Notes: generated from the letters alone by a model not told the origin. A stretch of DNA of 64,000 bases from an uncultured Gammaproteobacteria bacterium (GCA_964452165.1 CAYVKP010000001.1:554729-618728); one strand, 5' to 3'. Counted from the stretch's first letter, positions 9,423 to 19,787 are shown. Numbers and translations: made by a program.

Positions 9423-9988
9423 TTGATATTGTATTTCCCCGTTTTTACAAGTCTAACTCTGCTTATTGGCCAATATACGAAGAATGATTTCCCTATAATC
9501 TTATCTTTGCTGACAAATCCCCACGCACGAGAGTCAGAGCTGCCCGTCCTATTATCTCCCGCAACAAAATAGCTCCCCGCAGGCACGCTTACATCTTGCG
9601 CTTCACCCATGAAGGCTCCTCCGTAGGTTTTTACGTCTGGGGCAAGATAATTGGACTCATCGAGCTTTGTCTCGTTAATATAGAAATAACCGCCTTTAAT
9701 CATAACTTTTTCGCCGGGCATGCCGATTACTCTTTTAATATAGTCTTTCTCGCGATCAACCGGAGAGTGGAAAACTATGACTTCGCCTCGTTTCAAACCT
9801 CCGAGCTTTAGCGAAATCAGGTTGGTAAGAATATATTCACCGTCATGATAGTTTGGGTACATGGATTGACCATTAACCTGGAAAGGTCGGAAGAGAAAAG
9901 CGTAAATCACGACGAAAATTGCGGCTGCAATAACGAGTGTTTCGACCAAATCTATGAGGATCGTCCAAACTTTGCTTAAGACGGGCAT
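9419..9988 (-). CDS. lepB: Signal peptidase I
   Basis: N-terminal TM segment, GQSMYP (Ser), YIKRVIG (Lys), GDNR..SSDSR; start set to ATG 9988. Confidence 0.95.
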   Translation of the reverse strand: MPVLSKVWTILIDLVETLVIAAAIFVVIYAFLFRPFQVNGQSMYPNYHDGEYILTNLISLKLGGLKRGEVIVFHSPVDREKDYIKRVIGMPGEKVMIKGGYFYINETKLDESNYLAPDVKTYGGAFMGEAQDVSVPAGSYFVAGDNRTGSSDSRAWGFVSKDKIIGKSFFVYWPISRVRLVKTGKYNIN

Positions 9989-10077
9989 GAGTAATATTGT
10001 GCGGTAAAGCACGGATTTTGTCAACAAGCACAAAAATAGAAAAAATGAGCGTAGTCTGGTAGAATTAGTGATCTTTA

Positions 10078-10124
10078 GGATCCGTAGCTCAGCTTGCCCC
10101 GCTCAGCGGGGTGAAGTAGAGCGC
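10078..10124 (+). pseudogene. tRNA 5'-half remnant with a hairpin inserted in the D-loop
   Basis: GGATCCG-TA-GCTC-AG[CTTGCCCCGCTCAGCGGGGTGAA]GTA-GAGC-GC, then breaks off a few bases before tRNA-Val. Confidence 0.65.
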
Positions 10125-10128
10125 GTTT

Positions 10129-10200
10129 GGAGCTGTAGCTCAGTGGTAGAGCGTTGCATTCACATTGCAAAAGTCACAGGTTCGAATCCTGTCAGCTCCA
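10129..10200 (+). tRNA. tRNA-Val(CAC)
   Basis: Acceptor GGAGCTG/CAGCTCC, anticodon arm TTGCA-TTCACAT-TGCAA, T-loop TTCGAAT; CCA not encoded. Confidence 0.95.
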
Positions 10201-10202
10201 CA

Positions 10203-11180
10203 ATGGACATGAATAAATTATCCGTAATTGTAATCGGAGCGTTAAATACCGATATTTTTGCTTTGGGCGCGCAAAGGCTGTTGACTGCTGGAGAAAATGC
10301 CAGGGTAGAGCAGATTCATATTGGAGCAGGTGGTAAAGCCAGGAATATGGCTCAAATGATAGCTGTTCTTGCTGGGAAGCAGAGTGTGGCTATGATAGGT
10401 AGAACTTCTACCGATCCTTACGGCTTATGGAAGGTGCCCGTAGATTCACTCAAGGGGTCGGGGGTAAATACGGACTATATTTACGCTCAAAAAGATGGAA
10501 AAATGCCCGGAATAGCCTTGATTCCGGTTGATAAGAAAGGTCAAAATCAGATTTATGTCTCTAATGGTGTCAACGACGACCTTTCCACGCAAGATATCGA
10601 TAAAGCTAGCGACTTGTTTAGTATGGTTGCGAAAAATAAAGGATATTTGGTTTTGAGTCTGGAGTCCCCCTACGAAACAGTTTTATACGCTATCAAAAAG
10701 GCAAACGGATTAGGCATAAAAGTTCTTCTCGATCCGGGCGGGTTGGATCAAGGGAAAAATTATGATCAAATTTTGGAGCAAAAGATCTTTTTACTGAAGC
10801 CAAATGAACATGAGGCAAGGTTTCTTACCGGTATAGAAGTTCGGGATGAAGGATCTGCGCAGGAATCGGCAAGTAAGTTATTGGCTGGAGGAATCGAGAA
10901 TGTCCTCATAACTATAGGATCACAAGGTGGATACCTTTTTGAAGGTCAATTGAGGAAGCACATACCGATACCCCAAGTGAGTGTTTCAAATGCTCAAGAT
11001 GAGACGGGATGTGGGGACCAAGCGATGGCTGCATTGGTCTATGGGCTTTTACAAAAGAGGAATATGGAAGAGGCCGCTAAAACTGCAATTCTTGCTGGTA
11101 CGATTCAATTTTATAAGCCGGGGATAGTCCCTGTTGAAACAAAAGAAATCGCGAGATATTCGAAAAACCCGCTGAGATGA
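10203..11180 (+). CDS. PfkB/ribokinase-family sugar kinase
   Basis: IGALNTD, GGKARN.A, KPNEHEA, ITIGSQG, DETGCGD; start moved past the tRNA to ATG 10203. Confidence 0.9.
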   Translation: MDMNKLSVIVIGALNTDIFALGAQRLLTAGENARVEQIHIGAGGKARNMAQMIAVLAGKQSVAMIGRTSTDPYGLWKVPVDSLKGSGVNTDYIYAQKDGKMPGIALIPVDKKGQNQIYVSNGVNDDLSTQDIDKASDLFSMVAKNKGYLVLSLESPYETVLYAIKKANGLGIKVLLDPGGLDQGKNYDQILEQKIFLLKPNEHEARFLTGIEVRDEGSAQESASKLLAGGIENVLITIGSQGGYLFEGQLRKHIPIPQVSVSNAQDETGCGDQAMAALVYGLLQKRNMEEAAKTAILAGTIQFYKPGIVPVETKEIARYSKNPLR

Positions 11181-12274
11181 AGATTCTATTTGTGACTCCA
11201 TCTTTTTATCCAAACATTGGTGGGGTCGAGGAGCACGCCTTGAGAGTTGCTGAAGAATTGGCGAGGCAAGGAAACGAGGTAAACGTGCTTACGCAGTTGT
11301 CCCCAAAAAATCAGCATAACAAAAAAAATAATTATCAGTCAATAGGTAAAAGTGATACCTATGATATCAAATTAAAAAAGGCCGCCAAATCAATCCAAAC
11401 TGATCATTTTGAGCCTGAGCAAATAAAAATAAGTAGGTTAAATTTTGGAAAAGACGATTGGTTTAAGAAATTCAGAATTTGGCAACAAATGCTTATCTCC
11501 CTTAAATTTTTCAGAGAAGCCGACATTATACATTGTCATGACGTATTTTTCTGGTGCCTGCCTTTAAGATTTATTTTTCCTTATAAAAAGTTTTATACCA
11601 CGTTCCACGGTTATGAAACTAAATTCCCTCCTGCTACTGGTGCAAGAATCGTCAGAAAAATAAGCGAGGTACTTTCGAACGGAAATATTTGTATCGGGCA
11701 ATATATTGAGAAGTGGTACGGGACAAAAGCTGACTACGTAAGTTATGGAGGAGTAAATAAGAACTCAAAGCTCAAAACTCAAAGCTCAAAACTAAATAAT
11801 AGAATAAAGATTCTTCTTGTGGGACGACTCGAGGGGGATAATGGGGTAGATATTTATCTAAATACTCTAGGTCTATTAAAAAAGGAGGGGGAAAGGTTCG
11901 ATTTTGTGGTATGTGGCGATGGGGAGTTGAGAAAAAATGCTGAAAGGTTTGGTAAAGTGCTGGGATTTGTTAAGCCGGTCTCCGATTATATTGCTCGGGC
12001 AGATATAGTTTTTGCTTCTTCTTATCTTTCAATTCTTGAGGCGATGGCAGCAGGAGTGCCGGTTTTTGCAGTTTATAAAAACTCCCTGAAAGAGGATTAT
12101 CTAAAAGACACACCATTTGCAAACATGATAAGTATTAGCGCTTCCTCTCAGGAGTTGTTTAGCTCGATAAAAAATAGTAACTCCAAGAGTAAGGTAAAAG
12201 TTGCGCAGGACTGGGCTAGGAAGCAGACGTGGGGCAGCGTAGCAAATACTTATAAAAAATTATGGCGAGTATGA
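11177..12274 (+). CDS. Glycosyltransferase family 4
   Basis: FYPNIGGVEEH, ADIIHCHD, VGRL..DNG, LEAMAAGVPV. Confidence 0.9.
   Translation: MKILFVTPSFYPNIGGVEEHALRVAEELARQGNEVNVLTQLSPKNQHNKKNNYQSIGKSDTYDIKLKKAAKSIQTDHFEPEQIKISRLNFGKDDWFKKFRIWQQMLISLKFFREADIIHCHDVFFWCLPLRFIFPYKKFYTTFHGYETKFPPATGARIVRKISEVLSNGNICIGQYIEKWYGTKADYVSYGGVNKNSKLKTQSSKLNNRIKILLVGRLEGDNGVDIYLNTLGLLKKEGERFDFVVCGDGELRKNAERFGKVLGFVKPVSDYIARADIVFASSYLSILEAMAAGVPVFAVYKNSLKEDYLKDTPFANMISISASSQELFSSIKNSNSKSKVKVAQDWARKQTWGSVANTYKKLWRV
11764..11791 (+). repeat. Heptamer tandem repeat (CTCAAAG/CTCAAAA) x4 inside the GT4 gene
   Basis: CTCAAAG-CTCAAAA-CTCAAAG-CTCAAAA encoding SKLKTQSSKL. Confidence 0.8.
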
Positions 12275-13188
12275 TCTCATTTATATCAACTGTCTTTAAT
12301 GAAGAGAGAAACATTAATCAATTCCTCGATTCTCTGGCGTCTCAGAGCCTCGTTCCATCAGAAATAGTAATTGTAGATGGCGGCTCGACCGATAAAACGG
12401 TTCGGTTGATACAAGAACACAAGCTTGCCAAAAAGATCAAAATATTCAAAAAGAAAGGAAATAGATCTGTTGGTCGTAACTTTGCCATCGAAAACTCAAG
12501 AGGTGATATCATCGCTTGCTCTGATTCGGGAAACATTTTGGATAGGAATTGGCTCAAAAACATTGTCTTACCGTTTAAAGACAAACAAATAGACGTGGTT
12601 GCTGGTTATTATAAGGGTAAGCCAGCAAATATCTTTCAGAAATGTCTTATTCCATATGTTTTAGTTATGAAAGATAGGGTGGATCCTAAATCTTTTCTTC
12701 CGGCCACAAGGTCAATGGCCTTCAGGAAGGTCATTTGGGAAAAGGTGGGTAAATTTAATTCTAATTTATCACACAATGAAGACTACGCCTTCGCTCGTAA
12801 ATTGAGAGAAGCTGGAGCAAGGATTTCTTTTCAAGAAAAGGCAATTGCGTATTGGGTTCCAAGGAATAATTTAGTTCAGTCATTTATTATGTTTTTTAGG
12901 TTTGCTTACGGTGATGCGCAAGCCAAGATCTTTCGTCCTAAAGTAGCCTTGATATTTGTTCGCTATATTTTAATATTGACGCTTATTCTGGCCTGGTTAC
13001 TCTCTAAAAGTAATTTATTCATCGAGCTTGCAGTAATTTTACTTGTTCTCTATGTTTTGTGGGCAGTTATGAAGAACTATAAATATGTTAATCATGCGCA
13101 AGCGCTTTTCTGGCTTCCGGTTCTTCAATTTACATCAGATCTGGCCGTAATCCTTGGAACGCCTATGGCGCTTCTTAGTAAAAAGTAA
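12271..13188 (+). CDS. Glycosyltransferase family 2 with C-terminal TM helices
   Basis: VFNEERNI, IVDGGSTD, GRN, SDSG, NEDY. Confidence 0.9.
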   Translation: MISFISTVFNEERNINQFLDSLASQSLVPSEIVIVDGGSTDKTVRLIQEHKLAKKIKIFKKKGNRSVGRNFAIENSRGDIIACSDSGNILDRNWLKNIVLPFKDKQIDVVAGYYKGKPANIFQKCLIPYVLVMKDRVDPKSFLPATRSMAFRKVIWEKVGKFNSNLSHNEDYAFARKLREAGARISFQEKAIAYWVPRNNLVQSFIMFFRFAYGDAQAKIFRPKVALIFVRYILILTLILAWLLSKSNLFIELAVILLVLYVLWAVMKNYKYVNHAQALFWLPVLQFTSDLAVILGTPMALLSKK

Positions 13189-13207
13189 ACTACTATATAA
13201 TATATGT

Positions 13208-14425
13208 ATGGGCTATCTTAAAAAGGCTGCCATAGGAATCACCTGGCTTGGCGCAATAAGAATAATATTAAGAGGTTTGGGGTTATTCAAAACAGTAATT
13301 ATTGCAAGATTCCTCTTGCCTACACAATTTGGACTTTTTGGTATTGCCTCAATAATATTAGGACTCATAGAGATTCTAACTGAGACAGGAGTAAATGTTT
13401 TCCTGATCCAGGAGAAAGATAAGCTGGACAAATTTGTAGATACGGCCTGGATTGTCTCGGTTGCAAGAGGTTTGATTATTGCTGTACTTATTGCAGTCAG
13501 TGCTCCATTTGTGGCATCTTTTTACAAAACACCGAGCGCAACTATTGTAATTCTTTTAATTGCCATCGTTCCACTAATTCGCGGTTTTATAAATCCGGCA
13601 GAAATAAAGTTCCAGAAGGATCTGGAGTTTTCAAAAGAATTTTTCTTTAGAACCGCAATTTTAATAGTTGACGCTTTAGTTTCGGTTAGCATTGTCATTT
13701 CGACGCATTCTCCCATGGGTCTTGTGTGGGGTATGGTAGGCGGAGCTATTACGGAGTTAGTCTTATCACACTTGCTCATTAAGCCGTCGCCCAAAATCAA
13801 ATTTAATAAACAAATTGCGTCTGATATTATTTCCAGGGGAAAATGGGTCACGTCTTTTGGAATATTTGACTACCTCTTTACTAATGCTGACAATCTAATC
13901 GTTGGGAAAATTTTTGGGATAGGGGCATTGGGACTTTACGATATGGGATACAGTATTTCGATTCTCCCCGCAACGGAGGTGGCCGGAATAGTTTCAAAAG
14001 CCACATTTCCAATTTACGTTCAAATATCACACGAAGTTGACAGACTTAAAAAAGCATTCTTCAAAACAGCCGGTTTAATGTTGGTCTTAGGGGTTCCGGT
14101 TGCTGTCATCTTCTTCTTGTTTCCGGAATTTATTATAAAAATAGTTTTGGGTAATAAATGGCTTTCTGCAGCACCTGTACTTAAGATACTTGCGCTCTTT
14201 GGTTTGATAAGAGCCGTAACCGGATCTGCCAATGCTGTTTTCCTATCTTTAAAGAAACAAAACCTCCTCGCGCTAATTACCTTTGTTAATATTTTTATAC
14301 TACTTGCTACAATCTTTCCCTTTACGGCAGGGTTAGGATTGACAGGAGCGGCTTACTCGGCGTTACTTGCATCAATAATCAGTTTGTTTGTTACTTTTTA
14401 TCTCGCATTAAAAATTCTGAATTAA
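13208..14425 (+). CDS. Wzx-type oligosaccharide flippase (WzxC-like)
   Basis: ARFLLPTQFGLF, DNLIVGK..G..ALGLY; many TM segments; start set to ATG 13208. Confidence 0.88.
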   Translation: MGYLKKAAIGITWLGAIRIILRGLGLFKTVIIARFLLPTQFGLFGIASIILGLIEILTETGVNVFLIQEKDKLDKFVDTAWIVSVARGLIIAVLIAVSAPFVASFYKTPSATIVILLIAIVPLIRGFINPAEIKFQKDLEFSKEFFFRTAILIVDALVSVSIVISTHSPMGLVWGMVGGAITELVLSHLLIKPSPKIKFNKQIASDIISRGKWVTSFGIFDYLFTNADNLIVGKIFGIGALGLYDMGYSISILPATEVAGIVSKATFPIYVQISHEVDRLKKAFFKTAGLMLVLGVPVAVIFFLFPEFIIKIVLGNKWLSAAPVLKILALFGLIRAVTGSANAVFLSLKKQNLLALITFVNIFILLATIFPFTAGLGLTGAAYSALLASIISLFVTFYLALKILN

Positions 14426-14473
14426 CCTCATTGGGCGTTTAAGAAGGCACGAATTAATGCTATAATTTGTCCC

Positions 14474-15589
14474 ATGATTCCGGTATTTTCGCCGAGTCTC
14501 GGTCGTGAAGAAGAGAAGGCGGTTTCAAAAGTTCTAAAAAGCGGTTGGATAGGAAGTGGACCTGCGGTCGCACGGTTTGAAAAAGACTTCCTGACTTTCA
14601 CGAAGGGCAAATATGCTGTCGCAACAAATTCGGCAAGTGCGGCACTTCATCTTGCAATTATTGCTGCCGGCGTTGGAAAGGGAGATGAAGTAATAACTCC
14701 CTCTTTCACCTTTGTCGCAACCAACCACCCTATATTAATGCAGGGAGCAACACCCGTCTTCTGCGATATTAAAGAAGATAATTTCTGCGCGGACCCCAGA
14801 GACATTGAGAGAAAGATAACAGGTAAGACTCGTGCAGTCGTCGTGGTTCACTACGGAGGATATCCTGCGCAAATCGAGGAGATTGTTAAGATTTGTAAGA
14901 AAAATAATTTGATTCTCATTGAAGATTGCGCTCACGCGAGCGGTTCTTTCTACAAGGGAAGGCACTTGGGGACATTTGGAGATTTTGGGTGTTTTTCTTT
15001 TGCAGCAATTAAAAACCTGACAACGGGAGATGGGGGAATGCTTATAGGTAAATCTAAAGAAAAAATAGATCAGGCAAGAACCTTGTCATGGTCCGGTATA
15101 TCTCAGTCGACGTGGGAAAGAGCAAAAAAAGGAGTTGTACGCTGGAGATATAATGTGGTGTCGGCCGGGTGGAAATATCAAATGAACGACATTGCAGCAA
15201 GTATTGGGATTGTTCAGCTCGTAAAACTTAAAAAGAACAACGGAAAAAGAAAAGATATTACGAATAGATACGATAAAGCATTTAAGGGTGTGCCCTGGAT
15301 AAAGGTTCGAGATGTAGGCAAAGACGAAGAACCATCCTATCACAATTACATAATAAGAGTATCTGCTCAGGTAAGAGATAAGCTTAGTGATTTTCTTGCA
15401 GTACGCGCTATTGCAACGAGTGTGCACTACGTTCCAAGCCACCACTACAAGATTTACTCAAAATATAAATCTAAACTTCCGGTGACTGATAAGATATGGA
15501 AAGAAATCTTGCTTCTTCCGATTTTTCCTGACCTGCGACCAATTGATCAAAAGCACATTATTGATTCGATTTTAAAATTTAAACCGTGA
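14474..15589 (+). CDS. DegT/DnrJ/EryC1/StrS-family sugar aminotransferase
   Basis: ALHLA, GDEVITPSFTFVAT, IEDCAHA, FSFAAIKNLTTGDGG (PLP Lys). Confidence 0.95.
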   Translation: MIPVFSPSLGREEEKAVSKVLKSGWIGSGPAVARFEKDFLTFTKGKYAVATNSASAALHLAIIAAGVGKGDEVITPSFTFVATNHPILMQGATPVFCDIKEDNFCADPRDIERKITGKTRAVVVVHYGGYPAQIEEIVKICKKNNLILIEDCAHASGSFYKGRHLGTFGDFGCFSFAAIKNLTTGDGGMLIGKSKEKIDQARTLSWSGISQSTWERAKKGVVRWRYNVVSAGWKYQMNDIAASIGIVQLVKLKKNNGKRKDITNRYDKAFKGVPWIKVRDVGKDEEPSYHNYIIRVSAQVRDKLSDFLAVRAIATSVHYVPSHHYKIYSKYKSKLPVTDKIWKEILLLPIFPDLRPIDQKHIIDSILKFKP

Positions 15590-16827
15590 GCAACTTTTCT
15601 AAAGTTTTAAGGAATACTACTGCGCTTACAATATCTGAAATTTTCCTGAGCGGGATAAGCGCTTTGTGGTTAATTTATCTTGCGCGTAATTCAAGTATTG
15701 ATATTTTTGGTAGGTACAATTTTGTAAACTCATATATCGGACTTTTTTCGTTTTTACCAGATCTTGGTGTGGGTCTAATCGTGATTCGAGAGATTGCGAG
15801 TAAAAAGAAAGATGCCGGACTTCTTCTTGGAAATTCATTCATATTAAACTTTCTTCTTTCGCTCTTTGCCTTTGTTGTAATATTGCTAGTGACGGTCCCC
15901 CTGAAAATGTCTTATCAGGTCTCCGTCTTGGTTGTTATTGCAGCCTTAACTTTGTTTATCTCCACCATAAGATCCGTTGCAATGTTCTATTTTGAGGGAG
16001 TAGAGAAGATGGTCTATCCGGCGATCCTGAATGCTCTCAATAGTTTGCTTTTGATAGTTTTTGGTTTTGTTGGATTTTCTGTCAGCGGGATTTTGGGAAT
16101 TTTTGTAGGAATGCTCTTGGCAACCATTGTAAGTCTATTAGTATCGTGGGGAATTCTTATAAGTAAATTTATAATTCCCAAATTCAAATTTGATTCAAAA
16201 TTAGCGAGACATCTCTTCCTTGAGGGGTTGCCTCTTGGAATAGCAGCATTCGCAAGTCTCATCTATTCAAAGATAGATTCGATCATTGTGAATCAAATGC
16301 TTGGCGAGAGGGCTGTTGGAATATACAGTGCCGCGACTCCCTTTGTTTTTGCTTCAATCCAACTTTTGAACGTGCCATTTATGGTGGCAGTATTTCCTGC
16401 TCTGTCAAGACTTTCCTCGGGTGGAAAGAAGGAGTTCATTGGCTCAATTAAAAATTCTCTGTCAATAATACTTCTTTGGAGCATACCTTTTTCTATTGGG
16501 GTGAGTATTTTTGCTGGCTTAGTCCCGTTGGTTTTTGGGAGCAAGTATTCAGGTGCTGTACCAATACTTAGAGTTTTAATATTCTATGTTCCGTTTGCAT
16601 GTCTCTCAGCTCTTTTATACAAAATATTGATTATTCTAAGGAAACAACGCGTGTATATGTTAATAAGCATAGTAGGCGCGTTGATAAGCGTTGGTCTGAG
16701 CTTTGTTTTCATTTCGAGATTTTCTGTAATGGGTGCTGCTATTGCATCAGTATCAACGCAGATTATTCTTCTATTTATATACGCAGTGGTTGTTTTTAAT
16801 CTCTTAAGAAAACATAAATATGTTTAA
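15586..16827 (+). CDS. Second Wzx-type flippase
   Basis: FGRYNF, DLGV...IREIA, IYSKIDSII, VGIYSAA, FPALSR. Confidence 0.88.
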   Translation: MSNFSKVLRNTTALTISEIFLSGISALWLIYLARNSSIDIFGRYNFVNSYIGLFSFLPDLGVGLIVIREIASKKKDAGLLLGNSFILNFLLSLFAFVVILLVTVPLKMSYQVSVLVVIAALTLFISTIRSVAMFYFEGVEKMVYPAILNALNSLLLIVFGFVGFSVSGILGIFVGMLLATIVSLLVSWGILISKFIIPKFKFDSKLARHLFLEGLPLGIAAFASLIYSKIDSIIVNQMLGERAVGIYSAATPFVFASIQLLNVPFMVAVFPALSRLSSGGKKEFIGSIKNSLSIILLWSIPFSIGVSIFAGLVPLVFGSKYSGAVPILRVLIFYVPFACLSALLYKILIILRKQRVYMLISIVGALISVGLSFVFISRFSVMGAAIASVSTQIILLFIYAVVVFNLLRKHKYV

Positions 16828-18094
16828 AAACAAAAAAATTACAGTGATAGGTTTGGGCTATGTGGGTTTGCCATTAGCGATTTTGGCTGAGAAGAAGGGT
16901 TACGAGGTCGCTGGAATTGTGAAAACTTCAAAGACTGCAGAATTAATTAATAATAGAAAGACCCCATTTTCAGACAAGAGTCTTCAACGAGATTTAAAAA
17001 ATAGCCAAATCACAGTAGGCATCAATTTTGAGCCGGTTAAAAATTCTTCCGTTGTCATAATTTGCGTACCAACTCCTATAACTTCCGATAATAAACCCGA
17101 TCTCAGTATCCTAAAAGACGCGGCTACAAATCTTGCAGGTTTTATAAACCCCGGTCAATTGATAATTCTTGAGTCGACTGTAAATCCGGGAATCTCCGAA
17201 GAGATTGTTATTCCGATCATTGAAAAAGTATTTAAAAAAAAGTGCGGAAGGGATTTCTTTTTTGCGCATTGCCCCGAGAGGATAAACCCGGGAGATAAAA
17301 AATGGACAATCAATAAGATTCCTCGGGTTGTTGGGGGATTCGATGAAAAGAGTCGTGTTATGGCAGAGTATTTTTACAACTCTATTCTAAGCACTAAGGT
17401 ATACAACGTGGCGGGACTTAAAGAAGCGGAAGCGTCAAAGATTGTGGAGAATGCATTTCGTGATATAAATATAGCTTTTGTCAACGAACTGGCTTTGTCT
17501 TTTCAAAGGCTCGGTATAGACGTAGTGGATGTAATAAATGCAGCAGCGACAAAACCATTCGGCTTTATGCCGCATTTCCCGGGAGCTGGTGTCGGTGGTC
17601 ATTGTATACCTGTGGACCCTTACTATCTTATAGACTATGCATCAAAGAAAGGTTTTAAGCATGATTTCCTTATTCTTGCACGCAAAATAAACAATTCCAT
17701 GCCTAAATACACCGTCGATTTACTACTGGAAGGCCTAAGGGAGAAAAAAATAAAATCGGAAAGTGCTAAAGTTTTGGTTTTAGGCATTGCATATAAGGCA
17801 GGTATAGATGATACGAGGGAAAGTCCTGCTCTAAAAATTATTCAGCTACTCAAGAGGAATAAGATCAACGTCAAATCTTTTGATCCCAATGTTCCCTTGC
17901 TTTCATCTTTTAAGACACTTGATGAGGCACTGTCTTTTGCAGATTCGGTAATTATTGCAACCGCCCATAAAGATTTTATTGATCTGCCTTTTAGCGCCTG
18001 GAGAAAATTCCAGGTTGTTATAGATGGTAGGAATTGTCTTGATAAGAAAAATTTCTTAAAGTCGGGTATTTATTACAGAGGAATTGGAAGATGA
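16820..18094 (+). CDS. Nucleotide-sugar (UDP-HexNAc) 6-dehydrogenase
   Basis: GLGYVGLP, ICVPTP, LESTV, PERINPG, ENAFRDINIA, GVGGHCIPVDP, DTRESPA. Confidence 0.95.
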   Translation: MFKNKKITVIGLGYVGLPLAILAEKKGYEVAGIVKTSKTAELINNRKTPFSDKSLQRDLKNSQITVGINFEPVKNSSVVIICVPTPITSDNKPDLSILKDAATNLAGFINPGQLIILESTVNPGISEEIVIPIIEKVFKKKCGRDFFFAHCPERINPGDKKWTINKIPRVVGGFDEKSRVMAEYFYNSILSTKVYNVAGLKEAEASKIVENAFRDINIAFVNELALSFQRLGIDVVDVINAAATKPFGFMPHFPGAGVGGHCIPVDPYYLIDYASKKGFKHDFLILARKINNSMPKYTVDLLLEGLREKKIKSESAKVLVLGIAYKAGIDDTRESPALKIIQLLKRNKINVKSFDPNVPLLSSFKTLDEALSFADSVIIATAHKDFIDLPFSAWRKFQVVIDGRNCLDKKNFLKSGIYYRGIGR

Positions 18095-19203
18095 AAATTT
18101 TACTTCTTGCTCCAGTTCACGCGGAAAGCGAATTTATTAATCAAAAAGAAGAGCTACCATTCCTTAAGACTCAGGCCCAACAGGGTTGGTATGACGCCCT
18201 GAAAGAACTGAAGCATAATGTGCGGGTCTTTAGATATACTGACAGTTTTTTAATCCCAAACAATTTCAGAATCGCAGTAGGATCTTTTTTAAAATTTATT
18301 CCACCAATCTGGAGAGCGCGATTTTCAAGGTACGCCAATAAAACAAATTTATATTTTGCAGAAAACATATATAAGAATCGTAAGCTCAAAAGAGCCGCAG
18401 AGGAATTTGCGCCTGAATTATTGATTGTCTCAGGGGGACTGTCAGGGGTTGGCCCCGAAACTTTAATTCGCTTGAAAAATAAAATCAAATTTGAAGCAAT
18501 ATTACTATCTGGTGTTAATCCAACATATGGAGCATCAGGCTACGATAAAAAGCTTGTCAGCAGCGGCTTTTTCGATTTCATATTTGTAAATGATGGGGGT
18601 TATGCAAAGAATTGGGAAAAGATGGGTGCTAAAAAAGTAGTTGTCCTGCCAGTATCAGCTTCAAATCCCAAAATACATACGAAGTATAAGTTAACAAAAA
18701 AAGAGAGCGATGATTATAAATCAGACGTTTGTTTTATAGGAAACCTATCCATTTATAGACAGAATATTCTTGAGAATCTTGTCAACTTTGACTTAAAAAT
18801 TTGGGGGGTCTTGCCTCCGGGGGTAAAGCTATCTGCGGTGTTGGAGAAGTATTATTTTGGGCATGCTACCGGAGAGAAGATGGCAAAGATTTATAATGCT
18901 ACAAAAATCGCACTTAACATACACGAAAAAGATATGAGATTTGGGGGCAACTTAAAAACTTTTGAAATCCCTGCATGTGGAGCCTTTCAGCTTACAGACG
19001 TAGTTTCGAGCAATTGGTTTAGAAAAGGGGAAGAGATCGTTGTTTACAGTAACTCAAAAGACCTTAAGAACAAAACCAGATATTACCTGGAGCACGATAA
19101 GAAACGTAGATTGATAGCCGAAGCAGGTTACAGTCGAACGGTAAAAGATCACAGATACACTAATCGGTTCAAAGAGATAATCTCAATTATTAATTCAAGA
19201 TGA
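18091..19203 (+). CDS. CgeB-like glycosyltransferase
   Basis: SDVCFIG, IYNATKIALNIH, KTFEIPACGAFQLTD, IAEAGY. Confidence 0.85.
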   Translation: MKILLLAPVHAESEFINQKEELPFLKTQAQQGWYDALKELKHNVRVFRYTDSFLIPNNFRIAVGSFLKFIPPIWRARFSRYANKTNLYFAENIYKNRKLKRAAEEFAPELLIVSGGLSGVGPETLIRLKNKIKFEAILLSGVNPTYGASGYDKKLVSSGFFDFIFVNDGGYAKNWEKMGAKKVVVLPVSASNPKIHTKYKLTKKESDDYKSDVCFIGNLSIYRQNILENLVNFDLKIWGVLPPGVKLSAVLEKYYFGHATGEKMAKIYNATKIALNIHEKDMRFGGNLKTFEIPACGAFQLTDVVSSNWFRKGEEIVVYSNSKDLKNKTRYYLEHDKKRRLIAEAGYSRTVKDHRYTNRFKEIISIINSR

Positions 19204-19787
19204 ACATTATCAGAAAAGTATTTAATAGGTTTTATTATAGTCCGCGTTTTTTTTGGGACGGTTGGGCGCCCGATTTCATTAAGGATACTTGGCAGGTTAA
19301 GATTCACAGACAACACGCATGGCTACTTGCTAAAGTTAGGGAATCGTCTCCTGTATCAATGCTTGAGGTCGGTTGTGGGTTTGGTAGAAACATAAATTTT
19401 TTGATTAAAAATGGGGCAGGAAGCTCTATTGAAGGATTTGACATAAGTCGTTCCATGATAAATTTAGCAAAAAAAAGGATCGACAACGGAAATGTAAAAC
19501 TTTTTGTTGATAACATCTCAGATACTAGAACTAAGGGAAAATATGACCTGGTATTTACCCATGGAGTTTTGATGCATGTAAAACCATCAGAACTTGAGGG
19601 CGCAGTTAAAAACTTAGTAAGACTTTCCGGGAAGTATCTAATCTTAATTGAGCAAAATTATGGAGGAAATAAATATACTTTCAAACATGATTACCGTAAA
19701 TACTTAGGAAAGCAAAGAATAAAAATAATAGAATATAAAAGTGACAAAAAATTAGGCCTGGACTTAATCTATGCTAAAGTACGGTAA
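19200..19787 (+). CDS. Class I SAM-dependent methyltransferase
   Basis: LEVGCGFG, GFDIS, YDLVFTHGVLMH. Confidence 0.88.
   Translation: MNIIRKVFNRFYYSPRFFWDGWAPDFIKDTWQVKIHRQHAWLLAKVRESSPVSMLEVGCGFGRNINFLIKNGAGSSIEGFDISRSMINLAKKRIDNGNVKLFVDNISDTRTKGKYDLVFTHGVLMHVKPSELEGAVKNLVRLSGKYLILIEQNYGGNKYTFKHDYRKYLGKQRIKIIEYKSDKKLGLDLIYAKVR

Noticed and set aside
10068-10202. N-terminal extension of the PfkB ORF in the ORF track
   Set aside because: It is read-through of the tRNA remnant and tRNA-Val; the kinase motifs begin after ATG 10203
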